A DNA stretch of 64,000 nt, taken from positions 64,001 through 128,000 of the forward strand of contig CAVOUE010000012.1 of NCBI GenBank assembly GCA_963699545.1, read 5' to 3'. The notes under the pieces are model-generated. The model worked only from the letters and a program-made list of their open reading frames with translations, searched no databases and was not told the origin of the DNA. Of this stretch, positions 44,395-54,240 are shown in pieces (within the stretch, counting starts at the first letter, position 1; every line of letters starts with the position of its first letter). The stretch is from Nitrospirota bacterium (GTDB lineage Bacteria; Nitrospirota; Thermodesulfovibrionia; Thermodesulfovibrionales; UBA9159). Both the position numbers and the translations under genes were made by a program.

Positions 44395-44480
44395 TTCTTC
44401 CTTCGGCAGCCCAGCCATCTTCCTTTAAGACCTGTTGCTTTCCGTCCCCTTCTCACGAAGGGTTTGGTTTTATCGGGAAA
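44395..44480 (-). ncRNA. GEMM-I cyclic dinucleotide riboswitch, probable c-AMP-GMP (GEMM-Ib) variant
   Basis: Minus strand CCCGATAAAACCAAACCCTTCGTGAGAAGGGGACGGAAAGCAACAGGTCTTAAAGGAAGATGGCTGGGCTGCCGAAGG: AAACC..GNRA..GGGACGGAAAG P2, P3 receptor stem, GCCG 3' end. Confidence 0.88.
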
Positions 44481-44608
44481 CACCCCTTACCACCTTTTAT
44501 CATGGAAAAGTATACCTGTCAAGGGGTAATTCCAGGGCTCTGGAAGACGATGGAAGGCATTTTTTTCAGAGTATTGATAGCGCCGTGTCAAGGAATCAAG
44601 TCAACAAA

Positions 44609-44725
44609 AAAGGGGGCTGCAAGCCATGTATAGCACTCGCACCCCCCGTTGTAACTCTTCGAATCTCTTACGAAAAGTACTGGCGCGCCCTGAGGGATTC
44701 GAACCCCGCCCCGCGGATTCGTAGT
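44609..44725 (-). pseudogene. Degenerate duplicate of the tRNA-Arg 3' half plus downstream terminator (att-like)
   Basis: Direct repeat of 46959-47076, ending just past the ACG anticodon. Confidence 0.85.
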
Positions 44726-44773
44726 TTCATCCGTGTGCACCTGACCGCTCAAAGATCCAGCCTGTGATTTCCG

Positions 44774-46267
44774 CTAACGCTTTATTTCCCCCGAGGCCGG
44801 CACCGCGCGCTTGAAGGCCCAGGCCTCGATGCTTGTTATCTGTTCATTCATGGTCACCGAAAGAGGGACGGTCCTGCTCAGAGTTGCCAGGAAATCCTGT
44901 TCGCCCACGGGACGCTTCTCGGCAAGGGCCTCGAACGCCGCTGACTTGACGACCTGCTCGATCTCAGCCCCGGAAAGGCGTTTGGCCAATCGCGCCAGAA
45001 GCAGGATATCAATCCCGGAAGGATCGATATCCTGCTTCTTCATATGAATGCGGAATATCTCTGCCCGCGCCTTCTCATCGGGAAGTCCCATGTAAAATAT
45101 CTCGTCGAAGCGTCCCTTGCGCAGCACTTCCGCGGGAAGCATCTCGATGGCATTGGCGGTGGCGGCCACAAAAACAGGCGCCTTCTTTTCCTGCATCCAC
45201 GTCAGGAAAGACCCGAGGACCCGGGAAGCGGCGCCTCCTTCAGCCTTGAACCCCTCCGATGAAATGCCGGCCTCGATCTCGTCTATCCAGAGGACACAGG
45301 GCGCGATCGCCTCTGCAATCCTGAACGCCTTGAGCAGGCTGGTCTCCGGGGATCCGAACGCCCCCCCATACACAACCCCCATATCCAGACGGACAAGGGG
45401 GAGACGCCACCGAGTGGCGATCACCTTGACGAACAGCGATTTGCCGCAGCCGGATATCCCCATGATCAACACCCCCTTCGGCATCTTTGCACCGCTGGAG
45501 ATGTTATCCAGGCCGAAGGCCGTTTCACGACGCTCCAGCCATTTCTTGAGGTTTTCTATCCCGCCCAGATGGTCCAGAGTGGCATCATTGGCGACAAAGC
45601 CCATGATGCCGCTTTTTCTGATGATCTGCTGTTTGGTCTCGAAGAACGCCCGAACGATTTCGCTGTCCCTGCTGACCTGAGATTGATTAAGAGTGCGGAT
45701 GGTACGTTCGATGTCTTCAAGATAAAGCCCCTGGGCCGCCACTACCAACCTCCCCACCAGCTCCGGATCAGCGGCACAGGCCTGCGCCAGCAGCGGAACA
45801 CGTCCTTTCAGGAGCTCCAGATGCGCCTTGATCTCTGCTATGGCAGGAAGCCCCTGGTAGAGGATAACGAGGTCTCCTCTCAACGGTTCCGGCACAGCAT
45901 CCTCTTCACTAATGACAATCAGTACCTTTGATCGGGCCCGCACGGCAAATTCTTTCAGCTTTCTGATAATGAACGGGTTATTTCCCCAAAATCTGTATAG
46001 GTCCTTGAAAAGAAAGATGGCGGGTCCCGGCTGCGCGATCGCGAAATCGAGCGCCGGCAGAGGCTCTACCGTCCCATTGACCGATGCTTCCTCCCGGACG
46101 AAACCTTCGGTGCAGGTCCATACATAGGGGCTCCCCGCCCCCTTCACGCGCGCGGCGGCCTGTGCCACAATTCCTTCCGTGTACCGCTCGTTATCGGTAA
46201 CCACATAAAATAAGGTGGTTCCGGCCTCGATCATTCTCAGCAAATCCTGGACATTCAGGCTTTCCAT
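44774..46267 (-). CDS. AAA+ ATPase, Ycf46-like
   Basis: [45 protein letters not shown]. Confidence 0.85.
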   Translation of the reverse strand: MESLNVQDLLRMIEAGTTLFYVVTDNERYTEGIVAQAAARVKGAGSPYVWTCTEGFVREEASVNGTVEPLPALDFAIAQPGPAIFLFKDLYRFWGNNPFIIRKLKEFAVRARSKVLIVISEEDAVPEPLRGDLVILYQGLPAIAEIKAHLELLKGRVPLLAQACAADPELVGRLVVAAQGLYLEDIERTIRTLNQSQVSRDSEIVRAFFETKQQIIRKSGIMGFVANDATLDHLGGIENLKKWLERRETAFGLDNISSGAKMPKGVLIMGISGCGKSLFVKVIATRWRLPLVRLDMGVVYGGAFGSPETSLLKAFRIAEAIAPCVLWIDEIEAGISSEGFKAEGGAASRVLGSFLTWMQEKKAPVFVAATANAIEMLPAEVLRKGRFDEIFYMGLPDEKARAEIFRIHMKKQDIDPSGIDILLLARLAKRLSGAEIEQVVKSAAFEALAEKRPVGEQDFLATLSRTVPLSVTMNEQITSIEAWAFKRAVPASGEIKR

Positions 46268-46958
46268 TATCCTCCCGTTAAGGCAAGCTCACTATTGGCA
46301 TTACTTTCTCGTTGTACCATGCACCATTATATCAGGTTTCAAAGGTGTCACGTTTCAGGAAGAAGTGGAAAGAACTTCTTTATCAACGTTAATGATCCTT
46401 CATCCCTTCCTTTTCGGAACCCTGGTTCCTGAACTTCAATGCGGATTGCGAATTTCGGATTGTGATGACACCGGGCGACCTCGATCGGGCCGGGCTGGAT
46501 GAGCTTGGCCGGAAATGGGAGTGAAAGTCTTTGTCTCTGGTAGCTATCACATAGGCTTCAAACCCCGCAATGAAAGCCGAGTGTTCTTTCTTTTACCGTA
46601 ACCGGTTGAATATATTAGCAAGCTCATATGCCTTTAGAGGTTTAATATGCTGTCTGACACGAAACCTCGAAGAAGGATCAAATTTCCCGGCTGTGAGCGC
46701 TGCGACTTTAATCATAGAGTGTTTGAGAAGTTATCATAGCCTCACTTGTCGCAATCGCCGCTGCCCTTGTTCTGCATTACCTGAGGTCTTCTTAAGTTTC
46801 TTACATTGCCTCCCTGAAGTTTGTTCCTCTTGGAAGCGGGAATACCTGATATCTTTCGACAACAGACATCCGCGTTTTTGGGCGCTTCCTTAAGAAGTCT
46901 TTACATAAGCAAGTTCACAGTAATCCTCATGTGAATCAATCAAAACACAATCTCGTAT

Positions 46959-47000
46959 AAAGGGGGCTGCAAGCCATGTATAGCGCTTGCAGCCCCCTTT
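46959..47000. terminator. Hairpin terminator downstream of tRNA-Arg
   Basis: AAAGGGGGCTGCAAGC-N10-GCTTGCAGCCCCCTTT. Confidence 0.8.
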
Positions 47001-47030
47001 ATACCTCTTCGAATCTCTTACGAAAAATAC

Positions 47031-47107
47031 TGGCGCGCCCTGAGGGATTCGAACCCCCGACCTGCGGATTCGTAGTCCGACGCTCTATCCAGCTGAGCTA
47101 AGGGCGC
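47031..47107 (-). tRNA. tRNA-Arg(ACG)
   Basis: GCGCCCTTAGCTCAGCTGGATAGAGCGTCGGACT-ACG-AATCCGCAGGTCGGGGGTTCGAATCCCTCAGGGCGCGCCA. Confidence 0.97.
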
Positions 47108-47114
47108 TCCCGGG

Positions 47115-47693
47115 TTACCCCTTCTTGACCCCTTCCTTCAGGCCAAGACCATATTTCGGATGCTCGAAGGGATGGATCGTCGGGAACTTCGAGTAGAGCC
47201 AACCCTTGAATATCTCCTTGTCGCCTTCGAACACCTTCACCCTCACCGCCGGATTCTTCGGCTCGTTGGAGGAAGAGGTGATCGTCTGGGCATCCATCCT
47301 GAACTCAGGGAGGAAATCACCCACCGCGATCTTAAGGTTCGAGTTCGGTATCTTGAGCTCGCTGTTCAGGTTCACGGTATACTCCTGTTTCTTCTTCGTT
47401 GTTTTGTCTTCCACCACCAGCTTTACCGCTGACCATTTGCCCTTTACGCTGTCAGGAACGGTAATGGACAACTCTCCCTTGGGAACGTTCATGCCCGCGC
47501 CGGGCTGTCCGTGAGGCATCTGCCCTCCTGGAGGCATCGCGCCTGGGGGCATCGCACCGGGAGGCATTTGCCCTCCGGGCGTCATCTGCGGGGCCTGAGG
47601 AACAGGCTGCTGCTCCTTTTTCTTACATCCACCAATACCGAGGGAGAACGTTAAAAGAACTCCCACGCTAACCGCTAAGAACTTCTTCATCAC
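47115..47693 (-). CDS. Lipoprotein with Pro/Gly/Met-rich repeats, DUF2155-like C-terminus
   Basis: Lipobox IGGC, PPGAM/PGGQM repeats, NPAVRV..IFKGWLY..HPFEHPKY. Confidence 0.78.
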   Translation of the reverse strand: MMKKFLAVSVGVLLTFSLGIGGCKKKEQQPVPQAPQMTPGGQMPPGAMPPGAMPPGGQMPHGQPGAGMNVPKGELSITVPDSVKGKWSAVKLVVEDKTTKKKQEYTVNLNSELKIPNSNLKIAVGDFLPEFRMDAQTITSSSNEPKNPAVRVKVFEGDKEIFKGWLYSKFPTIHPFEHPKYGLGLKEGVKKG

Positions 47694-47750
47694 ACGACCT
47701 CCTTGCTTCAGTTTGATTCTTCATAACGAATCGTTATTTCACCCTCTCCA

Positions 47751-47843
47751 TGGCGGAGAGGCAGGGATTCGAACCCTGGGTGGGGTGTTACCCCCACAAC
47801 CGCTTAGCAGGCGGCTGCCTTCGACCAGCTCGGCCACCTCTCC
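47751..47843 (-). tRNA. tRNA-Ser(GCT)
   Basis: GGAGAGGTGGCCGAGCTGGTCGAAGGCAGCCGCCT-GCT-AAGCGG...GTTCGAATCC...CTCTCCGCCA. Confidence 0.96.
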
Positions 47844-47896
47844 ACAAACGGCATATTGTAACAGCTTGCTTTCGCTTTTGTAAATGAGGGGCAAGG

Positions 47897-48273
47897 TTAC
47901 TGCGCAGGGTGTTTTGACTCTTGTAGTCTTCTATAGCCTTCTTAAGGGCGTCAGCGCCGAGATTGGAGCAGTGCATCTTCTGGGGCGGCAAGCCGTCCAG
48001 TTCCTCGGCCACGGACTCCTTCGTAATTGCAAGGGCCTCTTCAAGCGTTTTGCCCTTGACCATCTCGGTCACCATGCTGCTCACCGCAATGGCTGCACCG
48101 CACCCGAAGGTCTTGAACTTTGCGTCAACGATCTTCCCGTTTTCGACCTTGATGGATATCTTCATCACATCTCCGCACGTCGGATTCCCCTCCGTGCCGA
48201 CTCCATCGGCGTCGGCAATCTCTCCGACATTCCTCGGGTTGGTGAAATGATCCATCACCTTCTCGCTATACAT
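47897..48273 (-). CDS. iscU: Fe-S cluster scaffold IscU/NifU (3' end probably frameshifted; stop inferred)
   Basis: MYSEKVMDHFTNPRNVG, NPTCGD, FGCG, LPPQKMHCS. The called ORF reads on into tRNA-Ser, so a TAA at 47897-47899 is more plausible. Confidence 0.88.
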
Positions 48274-48313
48274 GGTACCTCCTCCTGTGTTGACTCTTGT
48301 CTCATCGTGTTTC

Positions 48314-49521
48314 CTATTCCGATGATGTCGTATAACATTTGTCCCCCTGGTCCTTCTCATCCCAGCCCCCGGCAAAAGGAGATATCTCCCTTAACCTCTT
48401 TATGATAGGCGGGAATTCCACAAGGAGATAATCAATATCGTCATCGGTATTCTCCCTCCCAAGGGTGAAGACGATGGATCCCTGGGCAAGGCTTGAGGGT
48501 ATTCCCATGGAAAGCAGGACCGGAGAAGCCTTCAGCGCCTTGGAAGAGCATGCGGAGCCGCTTGCGACATACATACCCTTGGATGCAAGGAGGAGGAGCA
48601 TGGATTCCCCTTCGATGTACTCCACCGTAAAGCTCGCGTGTCCGGGAAGCCTGTCAGCGGGATGACCGGTGAGATACACATTGTCCACGGACAGGACGCC
48701 GCTGATCAGCCTGTCCCTCAGTTTTTTCACTTGCTCCATCCTTTCCTTCATCTCCTGCTGAGCAAGCTCGGCCGCCTTTCCCATTCCCACGATGGCGGGA
48801 ACGTTCTCGGTGCCTGCCCTCCGCCCGCTTTCCTGAATGCCTCCGTAGATCAGGGGGACGATCCGTAATCCTTCCCTGACATACAAGGCCCCTGCGCCCT
48901 TGGGTCCATAGAACTGGTGAGCTGCCATGCTCAGGAGGTCAACCCCCAGTTCCTTCACGTCCAGGGGGATGTTCCCCGTGGAAGCGACTGCATCGGTATG
49001 GACGATCACGTTGTGCTCTCTTGCAATGTTCGCTATCTCTTTCAGGGGCTCTATAGTCCCGACCTCGGTGCTGGCATGGATCACTGAAAGAAGGATCGTC
49101 TCTTTCGTAATCGGCTTTCTTCACCGCATCGGGTTCTACCATACCATGCTTGTCAGCAGGGAGATAGGTAACGACAAATCCGGACTTTTCGAGGAACCGT
49201 GCAGAATTGAGGATCGAGTGGTGTTCCATTCTCGAGACGATAATGTGTTTTCCCTCATTCTGCCTCGCCAGGGCGATTCCCCTCAAGGCGAAATTATTGG
49301 CCTCAGCTCCGTTGCTGGTAAAGATAATTTCCGAGGGCTTCGCATGAATGAGGGCCGCTGTCTGGCCCCTCGCATTTTCTATCGCATTTCTCGCCTTCAT
49401 CCCTGCTTCGTAGAGGCTGAGGGGATTGCCGAACTCTTCCTTGAAATAGGGCAGCATGGCCTCGAAGCACCTGGGGATGCAGCGGGTTCGTTGCAACATA
49501 GTCGAAATAGCATTTTCTCAT
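48314..49521 (-). CDS. iscS: Cysteine desulfurase (two frameshifts, near 49470 and 49115)
   Basis: YFDYVATNP, FGNP, HTDAV, AHQFYGPKG, RAGTEN, SGSAC across three frames. Confidence 0.88.
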
Positions 49522-49524
49522 GGG

Positions 49525-49779
49525 TTACCTCACTTTCTTTATATAAAGCTTGTAGAAGTCCTCTGTCTCCTCGATCCCGAGGAATTCATTGCCCGTCTTT
49601 TCACACCAGCCGGGGATATCCTCCAGCGCCCCGTCATAGTCGGTGAGGATCTCCAATATCTGTCCTTTATCCAGTTCCTTCATCTTCTCTTCCAGTTTTA
49701 ACAGGTGCATGGGGCACATCATGTACACAATATCGGTAGTAACGTCGGCTTTTATCTTTTCAACAAATTTCAGCGTCAT
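49525..49779 (-). CDS. TusA/SirA-family sulfurtransferase
   Basis: DIVYMMCPMH, GQILEILTD, DIPGWCEKTGN. Confidence 0.85.
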   Translation of the reverse strand: MTLKFVEKIKADVTTDIVYMMCPMHLLKLEEKMKELDKGQILEILTDYDGALEDIPGWCEKTGNEFLGIEETEDFYKLYIKKVR

Positions 49780-50239
49780 GCCACGCCGAACCTGTACAGC
49801 GTATCGTCGAGGCCAGTTCCCTTCAGAAGAGGCTCTTTTTCCAGGAGGTCCCTCAGGGTAATGGTCTCCAGAAAGGCCTCAATCTTTGCACCAAGAGACC
49901 TCCAGAGCAGATGGGTGACGCAGCCTTCGACCCGTGAGCAGCCCTCTTCAGGATCGAGACAGGATGTGATAGCAACGGGCCCTTCAAGCTCCTTCAGAAT
50001 CGATCGGCGATGGTGACTCTGCCAGGGTCTCTTGTGAGGAGATATCCTCCACCGGGACCCTTCACGCTCCGTACGAGACCGGCCTTTCTCAGCTTGTTCA
50101 GTATCTGCTCCAGATAGGCAACCGACACATCCTGCCGTTCCGAGATTTCCTTTATCGTTACAGGGCTTTCCGGATAGCCTCGGGCGATTTCGAACATCGC
50201 CCTCACTCCGTACTGTCCCCTGGTGGACAACTTCAGCAT
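49776..50239 (-). CDS. iscR: Rrf2-family regulator, IscR-like (frameshift near 50003)
   Basis: LSTRGQYGVRAM, YLEQILNKL, KGPGGGY, three Cys plus His (SCLDPEEGCSRVEGCVTH). Confidence 0.85.
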
Positions 50240-50255
50240 GATACAAAAATATAAA

Positions 50256-50280
50256 ATACTTTACTAATTTTGTCAAGTAT
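50256..50280 (-). promoter_or_regulatory. IscR type-1-like operator upstream of the isc operon
   Basis: Minus strand ATACTTGAC-AAAATTA-GTAAAGTAT imperfect palindrome containing TTGACA. Confidence 0.7.
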
Positions 50281-50293
50281 TACCCCGCCAACA

Positions 50294-50737
50294 TCAAATC
50301 TCCAGCATCATGATAACCGCGTCTTCATTGGGGGCGACATAATAGTTCTTTCGCGTGCCCACAAGAACGAACCCAAAGCTCCGATAAAGCCTCTTTGCTG
50401 CGAAGTTTGATGCCCGCACCTCCAGGTAGAGGAATCTGCACGCCCTCACCTTGAGGTCCTCAAGGATATTCTCCACAAGTGCCGTGGCAATCCCCCTTTT
50501 CCTATGCTGTGGATGAATGCCGAGGTTCAGGATATGCCCTTCGTCCATCACGCTCTCGGCACAGATGTACCCCACCACTGTGTCATTGAACACCGCAACC
50601 CTGGAAATTGCATGCTGTTTATGCAGCTCGTTTAAGAAAGACGTTTCTGACCATGGGAGGGAAAAAGAGGTTTTCTCTATGGCGACCACTGATGGGACGT
50701 CTTCTTCATTCATGCTCCTGATAAGAATCTCTTTCAT
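50294..50737 (-). CDS. rimI: Ribosomal protein alanine N-acetyltransferase
   Basis: SFSLPWS, HILNLGI..RKRGIA, LEVRASN, RKNYY..EDAVIM. Confidence 0.92.
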   Translation of the reverse strand: MKEILIRSMNEEDVPSVVAIEKTSFSLPWSETSFLNELHKQHAISRVAVFNDTVVGYICAESVMDEGHILNLGIHPQHRKRGIATALVENILEDLKVRACRFLYLEVRASNFAAKRLYRSFGFVLVGTRKNYYVAPNEDAVIMMLEI

Positions 50738-50810
50738 CTTTTTCGGTATCTGCGAAAAGAGACCGTGTCAAATAGAATGACCCATCAAAAGAGAACAAAG
50801 GGACCGACCG

Positions 50811-51500
50811 TTACCGGTTTCCCATCTTGACCTCCGCCTCTGATCTCCTTATGTAGTGTGGCACGAGGCTTACCGGCTCTGAGAAATCCGCCTTTAAGGC
50901 CTTCTTCAGCCCGAGACAGGCAACGTTCGAGGGAGAAGGGACCATGGACTGAGCAGCGGGAAAGAGGGCGTTTTCTCCGGCGATCTCCGCTATGGTCTCA
51001 CGGTAGATGAGCGCCCCTTCCCCGGCAAATATCACCTTTCCTTTGAGGGAGCTGACAAGGTCAGCCGGCTTTATGGATGCCTCATCCACCACCCTTTCGA
51101 ACCCGATGTCCCTCCATCTGAAAACCGCTGCATATACTTCGTTCTTCCTCGCGTCAAACATGGTGCAGACGAGATGTTCGCTGTAAGGGAAATTCCATGC
51201 GAAGGCCTCAAGACTGGGGACAGAGACAATGGGCTTGCCTGTGGCATAGGAGAACCCCTTCACTGCACTCAGTCCTATTCTCAGGCCCGTGAATGAACCC
51301 GGCCCCACGGCAACCCCGAAGACATCAATGTCGGCGATATGCAATCCGGCCTTTTTCAACGCGTGGTTGATCTCGGTCATCAGCCTTTCAGAATGGGCGG
51401 TCTTCACATTGAGCCTTGTCTCAATAATAAGGCCCGCTGTCTCGTCCATGATCGCGACGCCGCCAAGCATGGTGGAGGTTTCAATGGCGAGTATCCTCAT
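50811..51500 (-). CDS. tsaB: t6A biosynthesis protein TsaB
   Basis: ILAIETS, HSERL, GPGSFTGLRIG, DARKNEVY. Confidence 0.95.
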   Translation of the reverse strand: MRILAIETSTMLGGVAIMDETAGLIIETRLNVKTAHSERLMTEINHALKKAGLHIADIDVFGVAVGPGSFTGLRIGLSAVKGFSYATGKPIVSVPSLEAFAWNFPYSEHLVCTMFDARKNEVYAAVFRWRDIGFERVVDEASIKPADLVSSLKGKVIFAGEGALIYRETIAEIAGENALFPAAQSMVPSPSNVACLGLKKALKADFSEPVSLVPHYIRRSEAEVKMGNR

Positions 51501-51539
51501 GTTGGAAAGCCTAATATATCGGGAGATGTTTTGCAAGAC

Positions 51540-52814
51540 TCAGGTAAGACGTGAATCCTCTCTATCCATGGCCCGCAGGTGTTTTGAAGAGAGCAGCACC
51601 GCCAGCAGACAGAGGGACGCGCCGAGGGATATGGCCCTGCCGGTACCTGCGACATGCGCAAGGGAACCCATCACCGCGTTGCCGATGGGGGCTACGCCGA
51701 GAAAGACGAGGGCGTACACGCTCATCACCCTTCCCCTGAGCACGTCCGGGGTCCTCAACTGAATGAAGCTGTTGGCCACTGCGAGAAAACTCACCACACC
51801 CCACCCCGCAAAAACAAGTATCATGCTCGAGGCAAGATAGTCACGGGATAGGGAGAAGACGAGCAGCGCGGCGCCGAAGGTCATCCCAGCCCAGATCATC
51901 AGCCGTCCCTTCCTTTCGATCTCTCCCCTGAACGCGATAAAAAGCGCCGCAGTCAGGGCTCCGATACCTGATGATCCTGCCAGGACCCCGAGGCCCTTGG
52001 GCCCCACCTTCAAAATGTCCTCTGCAAACACAGGGAGGAGGGTGACAAAGGGGATTCCCAGGAGGCTGAGCGTGGCAACAAGAAGGAGTATCCTGAGAAT
52101 ATTCCGTTCTCCCTTCACAAAACTGAGCCCCTCCCTGAGGTCCTGAAACAGAGCGGTCAGACCTCCTTCCGTGAAAATCTCCGGCGAGGGCCTGGCCGAG
52201 AACCCTTTCCCTTCCCCGCTTCGGGTCCTTATCATGAGGAGCGCTATCACGGCAGCGAGAAAGCTCACCGCGTTCACATAGAAACAGGCGGCGACACCTA
52301 TGGAGGCTATGGTGATCCCCGCGATGAAAGGGCCGATGATGCGCGCCCCGTTAAAGGCCGCTGAATTCAGCGCAATGGCGTTCAACAGGCGTCCCTTCTG
52401 TACCATCTCAACGAGAAAGGACTGCCGGGCCGGCACATCAAAGGCATTGATCGTCCCGAGGAGAGTCGCAAACACCATGATCTGCCAGACAGTGACCATC
52501 TTGAGGTCGATCAAAACAGCAAGGGCCAGGGCCGGGACCATAGACAGGGTCTGGGTGATCACAAGGAGTTTTCTTTTCATCAGTCGGTCGGCCGCAACTC
52601 CGCCGATAAGGGTGAAAAAGAGGACCGGGAGGGACGCGGCAGTGGCCACAAGGCCGAGATAGAAGGGTGATTTCGTGAGGGAATAGACAAGCCATCCCTG
52701 CGCAGTTGACTGCATCCAGGTTCCTGAAAGAGAGATCAGCTGGCCTATCCAGAAGATCCGGAAATCCCTCACATAGAGTGCAGGAAATCTGTCATGAGTG
52801 CGGGGACCCTCCAT
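51540..52814 (-). CDS. MFS transporter
   Basis: About 12 TM; GQLISLSGTWMQ, GGVAADR, PDVLRGRVMS. Confidence 0.9.
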   Translation of the reverse strand: MEGPRTHDRFPALYVRDFRIFWIGQLISLSGTWMQSTAQGWLVYSLTKSPFYLGLVATAASLPVLFFTLIGGVAADRLMKRKLLVITQTLSMVPALALAVLIDLKMVTVWQIMVFATLLGTINAFDVPARQSFLVEMVQKGRLLNAIALNSAAFNGARIIGPFIAGITIASIGVAACFYVNAVSFLAAVIALLMIRTRSGEGKGFSARPSPEIFTEGGLTALFQDLREGLSFVKGERNILRILLLVATLSLLGIPFVTLLPVFAEDILKVGPKGLGVLAGSSGIGALTAALFIAFRGEIERKGRLMIWAGMTFGAALLVFSLSRDYLASSMILVFAGWGVVSFLAVANSFIQLRTPDVLRGRVMSVYALVFLGVAPIGNAVMGSLAHVAGTGRAISLGASLCLLAVLLSSKHLRAMDREDSRLT

Positions 52815-52818
52815 CGGG

Positions 52819-53261
52819 TTACCTTCTTGACTCTATAAGAAATGTGACGGGACCGTCATTGATGAGAGCGACTTTCATATATGCGCCGAACTGTCCGGTT
52901 GAGACGGGGATGCCTGATTCAACAAGCCTTCTGATAAAGCCGGCATAAAGCTGCTCCGCCCTCTCAGGGGCTTCGGCATTGTCAAAGGAAGGGCGATTCC
53001 CCTTTTTGCAGTCAGCAGAAAGGGTGAATTGAGAGACCACAAGGATGCTTCCGCCCGCGTCCTTCACCGGGAGGTTCATCTTTTCCTCGGGTCTTCAAAT
53101 ATCCTGAGATTGACGACTTTCCTGACGAGGTAGTCAATGTCTTTCTCATCGTCACCTTTTTCCACACCCAGAAAGAGCAGCATTCCTGTGCCAATACTTC
53201 CCACAGTATCGCCGTTCACCTCTACCGATGCCTCCGAAACCCGTTGAATCAGCACTTTCAT
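52819..53261 (-). CDS. dtd: D-aminoacyl-tRNA deacylase (frameshift near 53080)
   Basis: [32 protein letters not shown]. Confidence 0.92.
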
Positions 53262-53516
53262 ATATATTCGCCTTGCTTGCGGTACGTTGCCGCATCGGCA
53301 TATTCAGCCACGCGGTCAAACGGCATTCCTCCTATTATATAGAACATATCGATATTTACCACACAACGCGCGCTTTGAAGGCACATTCCTTGGCAGGCGA
53401 TGCAGAATGGTTGAGACCGCGCCTCAAGATCGGTAACCTCAGATTGAAAAAGCTCTCTTTCGTGTGCTACTCTTGTCATGCTGCAAAAGCATTTTCTGTC
53501 GGTAAGGAGAAGGGAC

Positions 53517-54212
53517 ATGAAAAAAATTGCCTTGTGGGTTTCCGTATTCATTATGACAGTGGCAAGCGCGTCGTGTGCCAAGCCAGATTATAAGAAGATT
53601 GCGAATGACTTCATAACAAACACAACCCCTATCAGGAACTTTACGATCAGGGAAGTGGCAGATACGAGCTCTTCCAACTGGAAAGCTGTCATTGTATATG
53701 TGAAGCAGGGGATGGCAAATACGCCCGTTCTGCTCTTTGTATCGAGCGACGGCAAGGCGGTGGTGCCGGATTCGATGGTCTATGTTGACAATAAGCCGAT
53801 CTTTACAAGAAAACTTGAGCCGGAATTTGGCCGTATAGATTTTAAGCTGACAGAGAAAGACAGGATCATTTACAACCCATCGGGCAAGAAGGTGGCGTTC
53901 ATGTTCTATGATCCTGATTGCCCGTTCTGCAATAAGGCCATGGAGAAAATCCGGAACAACAGCGGAGAATACAGGGTTATCGTTAAGTATTTCCCGTTAG
54001 AGCAGATTCATCCAGGGGCAACCAAGAAGGCCATTGGGCAGCAGGCGGAGTGGCTGAAGAAGAACAGAAAAGACCTCACAAAGAATGAAGATATTCTTAA
54101 AGAAGCTAAGCGAATGGTTGAAGAGGACATTATGGAGGGCAAGAAAGCCGGGATTGGGGGAGTTCCATCATATGTAATGGAAGATGGGACCTTGAAGCAG
54201 GGACTGTTCTAG
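53517..54212 (+). CDS. DsbC/thioredoxin-fold lipoprotein
   Basis: Lipobox-like ASASC, FYDPDCPFC, FPLEQIHP, GVP. Confidence 0.8.
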   Translation: MKKIALWVSVFIMTVASASCAKPDYKKIANDFITNTTPIRNFTIREVADTSSSNWKAVIVYVKQGMANTPVLLFVSSDGKAVVPDSMVYVDNKPIFTRKLEPEFGRIDFKLTEKDRIIYNPSGKKVAFMFYDPDCPFCNKAMEKIRNNSGEYRVIVKYFPLEQIHPGATKKAIGQQAEWLKKNRKDLTKNEDILKEAKRMVEEDIMEGKKAGIGGVPSYVMEDGTLKQGLF

Positions 54213-54240
54213 CTGACCTGGTCAGCTGACGGCAACTCCT

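Noticed and set aside
46570-46893. 107-aa ORF inside the tRNA-Arg islet
   Set aside because: No clear RBS, atypical composition and no recognisable motif; no integrase remnant was evident by eye.
47788-47896. C-terminal extension of IscU in the ORF track
   Set aside because: It overlaps tRNA-Ser and its probable promoter; better explained by an indel near the real stop.
53076-53090. Programmed frameshifting in dtd and the other split genes
   Set aside because: No shared slippery motif, too many unrelated genes affected, and these families are not known to be recoded.
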